A stretch of 64,000 bases of DNA, taken from assembly GCA_973895155.1 (NCBI GenBank), contig OZ316895.1, positions 2,901,659-2,965,658 of the forward strand, read 5' to 3'. Both the position numbers and the translations under genes were made by a program. The notes under the pieces were generated by a model. It saw only the letters and a program-made list of their open reading frames with translations. It was not told where the DNA came from and made no database searches. Of this stretch, positions 1-11,900 are shown piece by piece (positions within the stretch are counted from its first letter, which is position 1; the number at the start of each line of letters is the position of its first letter). The DNA is from Marsupella aquatica (lineage: Eukaryota; Plantae; Marchantiophyta).

Positions 1-502
1 AGGGTCAATTAAAAAAAGGTCCCTCCCGGGTTCAAATAGCTCCAGCCCTCCAAAGCAACATGAACCCCCACCGAGATGAGTAACTTTTAAAAAATTAAAA
101 AAAACTTGTATATTTTGGCTTATTTATTTACATGCATCATGCAATAACACCTAACGGTGACCTTATGTGACGGGACCCCGTCACATTCTCCGTGGTCCGG
201 GCAGTACACCTTGACATCATATTGACGGTTCCTTATGAAGCCTTGGTGCCTCTAGTTGTGAGCTTTTAGTAGGGGCTTGCTTGCAAATTTTCCTTGGCTA
301 CCCTACTACTTTCCATAGCGATTGAAGCTCGCAGTCTAATGCTTTAATCTACGTCCTTGGTGAAAGTTTGTGAATCGAGCAAGGCGACCCTGTTTGAATA
401 TTTGGCGACCATCAGGCTCCACCCCTCCTTTCTCGCTACCGTTCCCCGGCCCATGTGGCCTGTCGGTCTCTTCCCAATGTTCCCCTTTATCTTACTCTTT
501 TA

Positions 503-592
503 AAGGCATACCTCATGAGTAGAATATCCAGGTAAACTAAGAAAATGAAGGCATACCTCACGAGTAGAATATAAAGGTAAACTAAGAAAATG
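503..592. repeat. 45-bp tandem duplication
   Basis: aaggcatacctca(t/c)gagtagaatat(cc/aa)aggtaaactaagaaaatg occurs twice head-to-tail (503-547, 548-592). Confidence 0.9.
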
Positions 593-923
593 ATGATATA
601 TCCCAAATGGTATGTGAGTGACTTAACAAACTTCATTCTTGTTGGCTAAACTTAGTTATAGTTGCAACTTCCACAATAGTTATAGAAATGACTTCCCAAG
701 AATTCTCCAAAACTCAGTCTAGCACTTGTAACTAAAATGACTCCAACAACCTAGGAGTCACAAATTTTGGAAGGTCTCAATGGAGTCACTTAAGGCAGGG
801 TCTCAGAATGGCCCGGTTTCTTCTAGTGTAGTAAAAGTTGCACTCTCATAGGGAGGGAGTTTTTTTGGAGAGTTAGGTTGTTTTGTCATTGTAGTCTATT
901 GTTTTGAAGTGGAGAAAGCTCTC

Positions 924-1201
924 CTCGGGGGGTTAACTTAGTGTATATTCTGGGGTACCACGTGCGATCCTAGCCTAATATAAACATATGTATTTTATAA
1001 TGAGAATATTCCAAAAATATTCTTCATTTTCAATATTAATTACCTATTTTACTTTATAAAAAGTATATATTATATAATATTCTACAAATATGAATTTATA
1101 ATACCTTCCTACGCTTTTTAAAAATTTGACTGACTTCTATCAAAAATACCTATTTTGGATCGCATGTGGTTCCTAAGAGTTTTGATAGTCAACCCCTCGA
1201 G
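924..1201. mobile_element. Non-autonomous DNA transposon (MITE), CTCGGGGG-terminus family, divergent copy 1
   Basis: Begins ctcggggggttaact...cacgtgcgatcc and ends ggatcgcatgtg...agtcaacccctcgag (imperfect TIR). Exact 8-bp TSD aagctctc at 916-923 and 1202-1209. AT-rich interior. Confidence 0.85.
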
Positions 1202-1390
1202 AAGCTCTCCAGCCTCTTGGAAGATAGGAGTGGGGTTTTGTTGGTTCTAAAAAAATATTTCCAGCCCCCGTTCCAGCCGTCTTCCGCTTGTGGTCCCACC
1301 CTAAGCTCTTCCATGGGAACAAATTGGTAGAGATAGCAATATCTTTGCTTGGGTTGTGTGCTACCCGTGAGTTACCCTGCCACGACATTT

Positions 1391-1408
1391 TGGCACCGTT
1401 GTTGGGGA
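1391..1408 (+). other. Primer-binding site (tRNA-Asp type) of the Ty3/gypsy element; 5' LTR ends at ...gaca 1387
   Basis: tggcaccgttgttgggga follows CA+ttt and is a degenerate match to TGGCGCCGTTGCCGGGGA, the Athila-type PBS. The gag ATG follows at 1412. The LTR 5' boundary could not be fixed. Confidence 0.75.
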
Positions 1409-1411
1409 GTT

Positions 1412-4400
1412 ATGGCGTGAAGATCAGAAGTGGAAGACCTGGATGAGTGAACGACAACAAAGATATTCAACAAGGAGTGTAAAAAAGACTATTGCAGATT
1501 AGGAGGAGGAAGGGAGAGCTTCACCGAGGGACGCTTTGGTGAAGAGGACCAGACCTGCACCGACTGTAGTTGTTGTACCAATTCAGGTCACTCCCGCCCA
1601 GGTAATTCCAGTCAAGATGCCCTCGGGGGTCTCACTATATGGGGACCTCCCCATCGCCTGCGACGTTTTTAGGCCTCGGACCCCCTAAAATGTAAGAAAA
1701 AATATTTTATTTTTTAATCCCTATAAAGTTGGAATATTCTAAAAATTGGATTAAAAAGACCCTAATGTTCTTATAAGTCTCAAAATTGAATTTAAAAGAC
1801 CCTATTGTTCTTCTACAAAAATTCTTAAGTCTTCCCTTAGAACCAATAAAATGACCCTATCCTTCGTCGCACGTGATATGCCATTTTTGTGGAAGTGAAA
1901 CCCCCGAGAAGATGCCCAGCACCAAATGCGAGCTTGTGTTACTCTAGCATGGTTTTTCATGGAGTGCATGTGATCCGCAGGTTCAGACCAAATTTGAGTA
2001 AGCAGCCCTGGCCTTTTTTGCTACCCGGCCCAACCGTCGATATGAGACTTTGGCAAATCAAATCCGAACCTAATTAAGCAGGGCTGGCTCCTTTAATTTT
2101 GTTATCCCGACAGGGGAGCGAAGACTGCGGAAAAGGCTTGCTTTAAAATTTATGGGTTCTTCATCTCTTTTCTACCCAGCTTCACACCTTTGGATGCCAC
2201 TCCAAACGCGTCAGCAGCCCGGAGCTTTATTGGTTCCACCTCTCCAAAAATTACCGGGAAATTCCATGCTAAGAATTTTTGAATGAAATTTTTTTCAAGT
2301 CGAGAAACTCGACTTCAACTTTTTGTAGTCGTCTTGCCATAAATTTTGTGCCTTTTTCCTTTTCGCGGATCATGGAAACCAACTGCTGCACATCCCAAAA
2401 AACTCGGTGAGGACGGGCTCCCTCCTTTCAAATCAAGTACACTAGATTCAGGGGAGATGGTAGTCAAGATGTGGATGATTGGATTGAACAATATTTGGCA
2501 ACCTTAGTAGCCAATGATGAGGGAGATGAACCCACTACCAAGTCAGAGGCTATTTCGTGGATTGATTGATGGTGAAGCTATGAGGTGGTACAATGCTTTG
2601 ACACCTGGAGTGAAAGCTGATTGGCCGAGGCTAAAGTCAACATTTGAGGAAGAGTTCAGGGAGATTGGACCTGATTCTAGAGTGATGTCCCGACGAAACT
2701 CTATCAAGATGAAGCCAACTGATTCCTTGCGGAGGTACACCCAACTGGTCCAACAGCTGATTGGGAAGTTATCCATTGCACCGCCATCTAACCTTCAGTT
2801 GGAGTGGTTCATCTCTGGCCTACCAGAGTTGCTTGATTTTGAGGTAAGGAAGGCAGAACCTCAAACCTTGGCGGCTGCTGTTAAGTGATGTACGTAGTCA
2901 AGATGTATGAGAAGTCAGCACTACTGTCTGGCCACTGGGCAGATAAGAAGCTGAAGAAGAAGGTGAGATTCGAGGAGGAATCAGAGGATAGTGATGACTA
3001 TTCAGTAGAGGAGAAGCCTAAGCCCCGCCCAGCTAAGGAGACACCCCTTGCCAAGGTGGTGAAGGATGAGATGCAGACCTTGAGGGCAGCCATTGAAGAG
3101 GTGAAGGTGCAAATGGCCCGCACCAAGAAGAATAGGAAACTTGTACCTATGGCCCGCACCAATGTATGGTGTACCCGTTGCAAGAAAGAAGGTCACTTCT
3201 CTCAAGATTGCCAAGTTGATTGGAGGATGATTCAGGAGGTTGAGATGAGTCCACAAGAGGTTGAACTTAGGGAGATGGAGTCTCTTTATGCCATTCAACA
3301 AGGAACTATGCGTGCAAAGATGAGAGATAGGACGGGAGGTAGGACTGGCTATCCAGTGCCTAGAATTAATACTTGGTACTTGTTGGGAGTGTGGAGAGGC
3401 TGGTCATATTTCACCTGAGTGCCCCCATCGGAGGATACAAGGAGAGTACATTTTCCTATGTGGAAATTGCAGGGAAGAAGGACACAAGGCCTCTGGGTGC
3501 CCCAAGCTAGTACAACAAAGAACACCACCCCGCTATGTCCCCATTCTACCAAGGGAGCAGGCCGCCTTGAATTACTCCAACCCTACAACAGCAGAGCAGC
3601 AAAGGGAGGAAGCCACCATTTCAAATGTGAGGTGGATCCAAGATGTTGAAGAGGAGAATTTGTGGAAGGTGTCTACCAGGAGGAAACACTATGAGGAAAA
3701 GGGCAAGGCACTAGCGGTTGAAGAAGAGAAATCTGATGGTGAAGAGGAGAAGGAAGCACCAACTTTTGAGCTGCCCGATGTCACAGAGGAAGTGCTAGCA
3801 CACCTGGAGGAGCTACATGCCAAGGAGGGTGAGACTAGCACCAAGAGAACTACTGTGGTGGTGAGACCTTCCTCGTCACCTACAGCCAAAAGGGAGTTAC
3901 ACTATAACATCATGCAAGACATTGAGAAGAGGCTAGCTGAAGTCACCATTGGGCAATTGTTGAAAGACAACCCAAAGTACCGGAAGCAAGTGTTGGATGT
4001 TGTGAAGACTAGAAGGAAGAAGAGGCTGCCACCAACCATTTCAGAGGTGAGATACACTGAAGTGGAGGACTGGGGAGCACCTGATATATATTGGTATTGA
4101 GATTGAAGGTTGCATGGTCATAAGGGTACCAGTTGATGGAGGTTCAAGTGTGAATGTCATGATGGAGCAGACTGCTGCCGACCTAGGCTACACAACATTT
4201 GAGCCTACCCCCAAGATACTAAGGATGGCTAACCAGGAAGAGGTAGTACCGGTGGGTAAACTATCCCAAGTTGTCACTAGGATAGGACAGTTGGAGTACA
4301 AGCTGAATTTTGTTGTGATCAGGCTCCCCATCCCAGCTACATTCCAGGTTCTGTTGGGGAGGCCTTGGTTGTACAAGGCTGGAGTCTTGGAGGATTGGAA

Positions 4401-4938
4401 GAACAAGGAGTTCAAAATTGGTTCAGTCAAAATTCCGTGGGGGCTGCCAGTATATCAAGGAGAGACAACAACCACTTCTATGGGCTACACAACTGAGAGT
4501 GATGAAGCTGATGAAGAAGGCCAGGTGTCGGATTGTTGGATGGTGGTAAATACATTAAAGACAGCCACTGAGGAGGAGTTTGGTTTCAACCAGCCTGAGG
4601 AGGAGCATGTACAGGTCAAGGAAGATGAAGAAGAGAAAGAGGTCACACCTTTACCCTTGCCCTTGGAGCACCAGCAAGAAAAGACTAATGATGTTGGAGA
4701 GACTAAAAAGAAGAATGAGCATGCATTGGGAGAACTTGATGTGCCATTCACTAGTGAATGGCTGCAACAGCAATTGAAGGAAGACCCAGGTATGGAGAAC
4801 TACCATGAGACTTTTGGGAGGGAGAAAGAAGAGAGTCTTTCCCCTGCTGTTAGGCCAGTTCAATATGAGAAGATGAGTCTCACACCGGAGATGGAGTTCT
4901 ATCTAGGGAGAACCATCCAAGATGTGGAGATGGATTAA
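1412..4938 (+). mobile_element. Degenerate, 3'-truncated Ty3/gypsy LTR retrotransposon (gag + aspartic protease; no RT/RH/INT)
   Basis: Retrotrans_gag-like segment (KYTRFRGDGSQDVDDW; LFRGLIDGEAMRWY), CCHC knuckle CTRCKKEGHFSQDC, protease motifs VDGGSSVNVM and LLGRPWL. Multiple stops and frameshifts (e.g. ATG GCG TGA). Interrupted by insertions at 1622-1908 and ~1928-2428. Similarity stops at ~4938, before RT. Confidence 0.9.
1622..1908. mobile_element. MITE, CTCGGGGG-terminus family, copy 2 (inserted in gypsy gag)
   Basis: ctcgggggtctcact...catcgcctgcgacg at the 5' end and cgtcgcacgtgat...agtgaaacccccgag at the 3' end. Exact 8-bp TSD aagatgcc at 1614-1621 and 1909-1916. Confidence 0.9.
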
Positions 4939-5625
4939 TCCGTGGACCCCCCTTGTTCATCTAAGGAATGGGTGTCTCATTTGAAAGTTCCTCTTAGCTC
5001 AAGTTTCTCCAAGACCACCCTAAACAAGAAATGCCTGGAAGGTGCTTTTACAGATACTTCTCTTTCCCCATGAATGTTTTTTACCAATCCCATAAGGACT
5101 ACACTGTTCACCATAATTAGTGTTAATTCATAGCAGCCATTTTGGGGCTCTACTCATGACTTAGTGTTACTCACACACGAATTCTGTTATAACACTAATT
5201 CGGAGTAAATAAATTAACTTTTACTTTGGACTCTAGAGTATAAGTTTTTTTTTGGAAAAAAACAAATTTGAAATCCACAAGCATTAGTTTTACTTTGGAT
5301 TCAAGATCACCCATTTTTTACTAACATAGTAAACAAAGTGAAAAAATAAAATTAAAATGGAAAAACAGACAAAACTTAGTGTTACTCCTGACTCAAAATC
5401 ACTTTCGTCAAAATTGGTATTAACTCTAATTTGTGCATAAAATTAATTACTCAGAACAATGTACTTTCTCGGAAATGGGGAAACGTCTCTCGAAAGTTTC
5501 TCGCTTGTGGTGAAGTTCCAGTCCAGTCAAAGGCCTTGGTTCCCCCTTTAGTTAATTAAGTTCCACTCCGGTTTCCCAACTCCTTAGACAGTGCCTTCGT
5601 TGTGCAATTTCCTCACAATAGCCGT

Positions 5626-6188
5626 GAAGCTTCCTTCTAGTCAAGAAGTTTCTTAGCCACATTCTCGTTACTCGGGGCACCTGGGCCTGGAGAGTTCATT
5701 CTTTCCAAGGCGAGAGGAAGGTGCCTGTGTTTCGATACTCTCGAAGTAACATCTCGTCAAACGAAGAAGAATTTCTTCCTTGGCAGCGAAGATTCCTTTT
5801 CGCTGGCCTAGCTCCAACTGAGTTTTGGGTCTGTCTAGAAACCGAATGATGAATCTAGATGGATCTGGATGTTTGGTGTTTGTTGTGCAAACGTGAGCTC
5901 CAAGGTGTTCATGTCACTGGGCGATTGATTGCCCCTCCTCATTCCAGTCCGGATACGTTTTGCTCATAAAGGCCTTTCTCTTCCTCCTCTTCTTGTTCTG
6001 GAACTACTCCAATTGGGGACTTTGGGCTGAGACGAGGCTGCTGAATTCAAGGAGTTTGAAGAGTCGTTCGTATCCTGCGTCGGTTTCTCGAGAGCTGAGG
6101 GCTGAGATCATCTCACGCCGGTGGACTTCACGAGAGCTTCATCAGTGAAGTAGCAACTGAGAATTGAACAAACGTTTTGAGAAATTTC
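5626..6188 (+). promoter_or_regulatory. Possible heat-shock element half-arrays upstream of the BAG gene
   Basis: GAAnnTTC dyads at 5626-5633, 5645-5652 and 6181-6188, and TTCnnGAA at 5996-6003. No perfect three-unit HSE seen. Confidence 0.3.
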
Positions 6189-6259
6189 AGAGGTTACGCT
6201 GGTGCTTGGATCAATATACAAGGTAGGGTATAGTCTTTTGCTAAAGTTTTACAACAACT

Positions 6260-7129
6260 ATGGGTGGTGGTCCAGTTTTGCAAGATATGTACGTGCCATA
6301 CAATTGGCCCGTTTCTCGATTTTTTGATCTGCCTTTTTACGGAACAACCTCATCGCCGGGGTACTACTGCGGTTTCGACGGTCAATCGCCTCTCGTTGGA
6401 TTGCTTCCCACACCTCAAGACTGGCCCTCCTACACCGCCTACAGAAACCACCGCCATGAAGAAGCCAACGAGAAAATAGCGAGGAACGATCAGGTTCGAC
6501 ATACGGAACCTGTTCCGAGGAAAGATGATGAGATTGATCGAACAGTGAAGATGCCGAGTGTTCAATCAGAAGGGGTGACGGAAAGTGAGTTTCAGTCAGA
6601 AGAAGTGGGGCGAGGTGGATTTCAATCAGAAGGCGTGGAGAAGGATGGTGGGGTTCTATTGGAAGGCGGGGATGAGGAGGAAGGTTGTGTTCAACCAGAA
6701 GAGGTCGAGAAGGAAGGAAGATTTCAACCAGAAGTGGTGGATGAGAAGGAAGGTGAGTTTCAACCCGAACAGGTTGAGGAGAGTGAAGTTGGGAGTGACG
6801 AAGAGAGGAGAGCAGCGACTGTGGTGCAAGCCAGGTATAGGGGCCACCTTGTTCGGACGACACGGCCATTGGTGCAGCTACGCGCAATTGCAGGGATAGA
6901 GGCGAAGCTGAAGAGGCTTAAAGAGCAAGCTGGAAGCAGAGCATTCGAAGCAGAGCTTCAGAAGGAGAAGTCGATGGCGAAGGTGGGGTTTGAAGAGGAT
7001 ACTTTAGCGCTGTTGATAGAGTTGGACAACATTCAAGGCTCTCATCCTCTTGTTCGCCAAATTCGGAAGTCGGTGGTACGAGAGATCGTCGACCTCCAGA
7101 AGACTGTTGATGCCCTCCATACGCAGTGA
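6260..7129 (+). CDS. IQ-motif + BAG-domain co-chaperone (plant BAG5/BAG6-like), 289 aa, intronless CDS
   Basis: IQ motif AATVVQARYRGHLVR followed by BAG domain (EDTLALLIELDNIQGSHPLVRQIRKSVVREIVDLQKTVD). Acidic repeat linker precedes them. Confidence 0.88.
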   Translation: MGGGPVLQDMYVPYNWPVSRFFDLPFYGTTSSPGYYCGFDGQSPLVGLLPTPQDWPSYTAYRNHRHEEANEKIARNDQVRHTEPVPRKDDEIDRTVKMPSVQSEGVTESEFQSEEVGRGGFQSEGVEKDGGVLLEGGDEEEGCVQPEEVEKEGRFQPEVVDEKEGEFQPEQVEESEVGSDEERRAATVVQARYRGHLVRTTRPLVQLRAIAGIEAKLKRLKEQAGSRAFEAELQKEKSMAKVGFEEDTLALLIELDNIQGSHPLVRQIRKSVVREIVDLQKTVDALHTQ

Positions 7130-8986
7130 TCGTGTTTACTAGAGGATCAAGAACTAGAGTTGGAGGAGATAAGTGCAAGGTTTGTGACATCGAACTGGCG
7201 GAGGTGTTTGGCACCCAACCCGTCTCTTGGGCACGCCTTTGGTTGTCCGGGGTTGAGCTCCTCCTGCAGGTAACCAATTGTACAATCGACTGATGGCATC
7301 GGAGCAACAGAAGTGGAAGGAAGGGATACATAAATTCAATTCACAGAGTTGCAGTCAATTGGAGCAAGGGCAAGAAGAATTCGACACACGAATGAAGTTG
7401 CATCCCATTGTTCAACGGTCATCAGAATCCTTGAGTGGCAGAAGAAACACAATGATGTACGCTAAAAGATTTGGAGTAAAGGCTACGGAGCCTGTGTAAC
7501 GGGAGTTGGTCCGTAATTCTGTTCTAGGAAGAAAAGAAGAATTTTTGGGACAAAGGAATGTCCATGTAAATAAAGATTTTGAACTTCAGTAAAGTGAGTG
7601 AGACCGTAAATTCATAATTCGTTCTTCTCGACAACAATATAGCATACAATTGGGAATATACGCTCCTCCAGGGCTAAAGTATGGTTTTAAGTTTCTCAGT
7701 GAATTGAACGGAATTCACACTGCTTGAGTGATACACTTCCAACCACGTCGTCAGTACTCTCGAGAGGAGCTCGAAGTTAGTAACGGAGAAAGTTGACAAG
7801 TTTACTCGATGAATGCGCACGATCCTGTCAGCTCGATGACTTCGGACGTCGATTATAGAATCTTATAATAAGGTTCTGATCGGGCTTACTCTTCAGAATA
7901 TTTTGTGTAATCATTGTGCTAATCTTAATGTAGATTTGTAGTTTGCAGCTGGCAGCATAAAGGGTGTGTGAAGCAGCTATCGGCCTATGAAGTTTGGAGC
8001 CCCGAATGCTGGGCACAGGATAGCCCGGCAGCAATTTCAACCACAGTCACTCACGTTGCTATCCCTTCTAAAACCTTTGCTTCGAAAGCCCATTCCGCCG
8101 CTCAAACGTGGGCCCTCATAAGAATTGTAAGGCTCACCGCATTGGGGGCCATAGATATTTTATAAGATTTTCGGAAAACTACGGACAAAACATAGAGTCC
8201 TGTGTAGAAGATGAGCAAATTTAACCGTATCCGTTATCCTGATCTTCGATCGCACTTTAATAAATAGATGCTCCGATGAGTCGGAGCAAATCGGCGGACT
8301 TGTACTGCACTAGAATGTCGGGGTCATGTCTCGAGTATAACTAGGACAGTTTTGGTCTTCAAGGACTATGCGATCGCGCGTAAAAGCTTCATGTGCAGCA
8401 GTGGGGAAGGGATCTCGACTCTTTCCAGAGCGAAGTCCACCCAACTTAATTCCAAATCATCCTACTTCTCAAGATACCAAGTACTAAAGGAAATTCACTT
8501 CGTTCTAGTCCTGCAGGACTCCATCGTCACTTTTACAATATTCAAGTTCTACTTAGGATCAGGTTCAACGGCAAACAATATCCAGATATCAATTCAACAG
8601 GCCAAGATATGCATTCACTGTTGGAAGCACAGTTAAAAACATTGCTGTCGGAGAAGTGAATCGTTCGCTAGAAGAAGATTCGTATTTACATTTCAATACA
8701 GAATAACCAGTTTGTTATTTATGGCCGGGAGCACCTTGCCTCTGTTATCTCATTTACAATTCAAGGCTAGGCGTCTCCCTTCATTCGTTTTCTATTCTAC
8801 GGTAAGAAATTAATTACACAACCACCAGACACTAACGGATGAATGGGCTACTTCAACTTGACATAGTTCTTGTAACTCCCCTCACTTATTTATCTAGGCT
8901 GCCGTTCTTATTTCTATATGGGAGAGAAATGTAGAATCTCTCCTGCAGCGTAGTCTCTTTGAGATTAATTGAAGCATTTAAGTACC

Positions 8987-11900
8987 CTACAGGCTCATTT
9001 GAAACATAAGAGATTGTGTTCCCTCTGAGCCTGGTGCTTCAAAATGGTGAACCTCGCCTTCAAACTCTTCGAGCAACACAAGAGGAGCGTCGTTGCTTCC
9101 CTGGCTGAAGTCCAACCTCTCCCTGAGCTCGTCTTCAAAAGGATTGGACTTCGAAGCTTCCGACGAAGGTGAAGGTAACACATCCACATGGGTAGATGAT
9201 CGAAATACATCGGTGAGATCGTCCAAGAGAGACTCATGCGATGAAAATAGATGTGCATCTTGATCCACATCCGCAACCACACTTGAGGGTCGACGTATAT
9301 CCTCATCAAGTAAGGACGGTGGTTCCGTGTTTGCATGGCTACCATCTTGAGAACCTGCCTCAGGAAATTTGTCTTCACCGATGACATCGAAAGGATATTC
9401 ATCAAGTAATGACCATTGACTCTTTTGTCCAGGCCAATCCTGCTCATACAAATCCCTGCCATGCTGCTCAGCGGTGCTAGGGATGGATACATCATCATCA
9501 AGCAACGACCATGGTTCCAAACGAATCGGAGATGCCTTGGAAGAAATTCCATCGAGTATATTCAGTGTTTCCTTTACTACGAGCACAGGTCCTTTCTCTG
9601 TTGGAGCGTCCTCAGATAAATCCCTGACTTCCACCAGAGAGGAGAACGGAGAAAACTCTGATGTGAACCAATTCCACTCGTCTGGGAACAAACCTTCTTG
9701 CAACAACATCTCCTCATTAAAACCAAGAGGGTTTGAGAGATCTCGGACTGTAAGGAACGAAGATAAAACATTCTTTGCAATCTCAGCTTGGTCTTCGGTC
9801 CAACTTTGATGATTCCATGCTAATTGAACCCCGCGCCCCTTCCTATCTTCTTCTGCTATCAGCTCCTGCAGGAAAGGATTTTGCTGCAATTCCTGAACCT
9901 GATCCTTCAAGTCTGACCCAACATCATCGCCTTCCTTTGCCTCCTTGGCTACATCTTTTTTAAGAACCCTCTCAAGATCAGCAGAAAAGGTTTCATCCGG
10001 TGTTGTAGACTCAGGTAGAGATGGCTGATCAGAAATCTGGATAAACACAGATGATTGAAAGGTTGAAGCACCTTCCTCCGTTTCGATAACACAGTCCTCG
10101 GGAGCGCGAAATATTTTCTCCTCCTGTGTCTGCAACCCCTCGTCTTGCCAGTTGATTTCCTGAGTTTCTTCAATCTCGGAAGACCAGAAACTATCTTCCA
10201 ATATGACCTTGTTACTGGAAAGATCGCCCATGTCTTTGTCGCTTGACAGTGGAATGGCTTCATAGCCATGCAGAAACACATTTTCTGCATCGCCATCTAC
10301 AACCTGATCTTTCTCATAATAAGAAGGAAAGGAATCCAATTCCACCAAGGGTACCTGCTCCTCACTTGTAAAACTGTCTCCCTCGTCACTCCCCTCGTCA
10401 CTATGATAAAATTCTTTGGAGAAACTTTTGCTTTGTGCCCCAAAGGAAGCTGAGAAGGCTGATAACGCAGATGCCAGAGCGTTGTCCACAAGTTGAGCAG
10501 GTTTGGTAGGTGATGATGACAACGACTGTGGACAACATCCACATGCCGGGTCTTCACAGTCATCTGCATAAGACGTCTGCTCCGAGTCTGAAGAAATATC
10601 AGACTCTGATTCCTCTGAACTTCGGCTCTCCCAAAATGTCTCTCCCCCATTGCTTGGATGATCCGAACCATTCAAAGACTCATTTGACCGATTCATCAGA
10701 CCACTCTTGTTGTTGAATGAAGAAGTGAGGCCGGAGGTCTGCGAACTCGAATCAGGAGACACCTTCTGGGGCCAGGATGAAAGTGGCAATGAAGGAATGG
10801 CAGCTGACACAGACGGAGGAGGGGTTGTGGATGATAGCAAACCCGGATAAACTGGAGTTTCAGTAGCAGAGACACCTTTCATAGCGTTTTCTCCCACTGG
10901 TAAATCTACTTCTGAACCCATTGCAAAGGGGATCTGCGAATCCATCAAAGAAGGTGTCCCAGGTCCCGTCTGTGCAGCAGGGACATACACAGATGTAGCT
11001 GAGACAAAAGACCCCGAATCAAAACCTGGCCCCCAAATGGGATGTCCAAGGGCAGGAGGCATCCTTCCAATATCACCAGATTCAAGAAGCTTGAGCCTCT
11101 TATCCATGCTCTCAAGTGCTGCATTCAAAGAGCTCTCCATTCGCAAACAAATCATTTCCAAGCGGTCAAGCCGGTGGACTACTTCATCAACTCTATCTTC
11201 TTTTTGGTGGGCTTCCAGATGCCCTGTTTCTATATTCGCAGTCCGAACTTCTTCGGAGTCCTTGCTGCCGTCCCCTGCCACTGCCTGAGTCTCTCGATGT
11301 ACGGTTGATTCCAACGATGATGTCCCACGAGAGGAGATTTCCTCCTCGACCTCGTAATCAGGGTTCTTGTCCTCCATGGGAGGGATATCACTATTGTTCA
11401 ATTTGACCGGATCGGGTGCACTGTTTTGTACAGTCGGTAAATTAGCAGCAAGCGAGCTTGATTTACCATTCGTAACCTTAGATGGCGACCCGTCAGACCC
11501 TCCTATATCTTTCTCGGCACTGGAGACAGAAGAATTCTTTGCTACTCTTGTCTCAGACATTCCTCGTGCCATCTGAAGAATGCCAGGAACTAGCATTGTC
11601 AGTAAGGAAGAGGTCCCAACACCTTGCTGGAAAGGAACGTTAGGAGTGGCATCACGCGGCTGAATAGAAGGACCAGGTGTGTAGGTCACTACCACCCTGT
11701 GAATTTCCACTTGACTCTTAGATTTGATTGAGAGCAGGCGGACTGTGACAGATGTCCATGCATCTGCATCGAGAAGACTCACTTCACATTCATACACCGG
11801 AGCCTCAGCCGGGAATCTGCTTTCCATATCTCCATTTTTCTGTAATGCAGTTTCCAACGGGCTGGCTTCTACCGCTTGGGAGCTTATAGCGTCCTTATCA

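Noticed and set aside
165-186. 22-bp hairpin atgtgacggg-ac-cccgtcacat as a Helitron end or LTR start
   Set aside because: No downstream CTRR terminus, and it does not match the LTR 3' end at 1387.
6258-6887. 209-aa antisense ORF over the BAG gene, and other antisense or overlapping ORFs over the PAAT-like, UPF0114 and ABCF5 genes
   Set aside because: Shadow ORFs of real coding sequence with no recognisable motifs.
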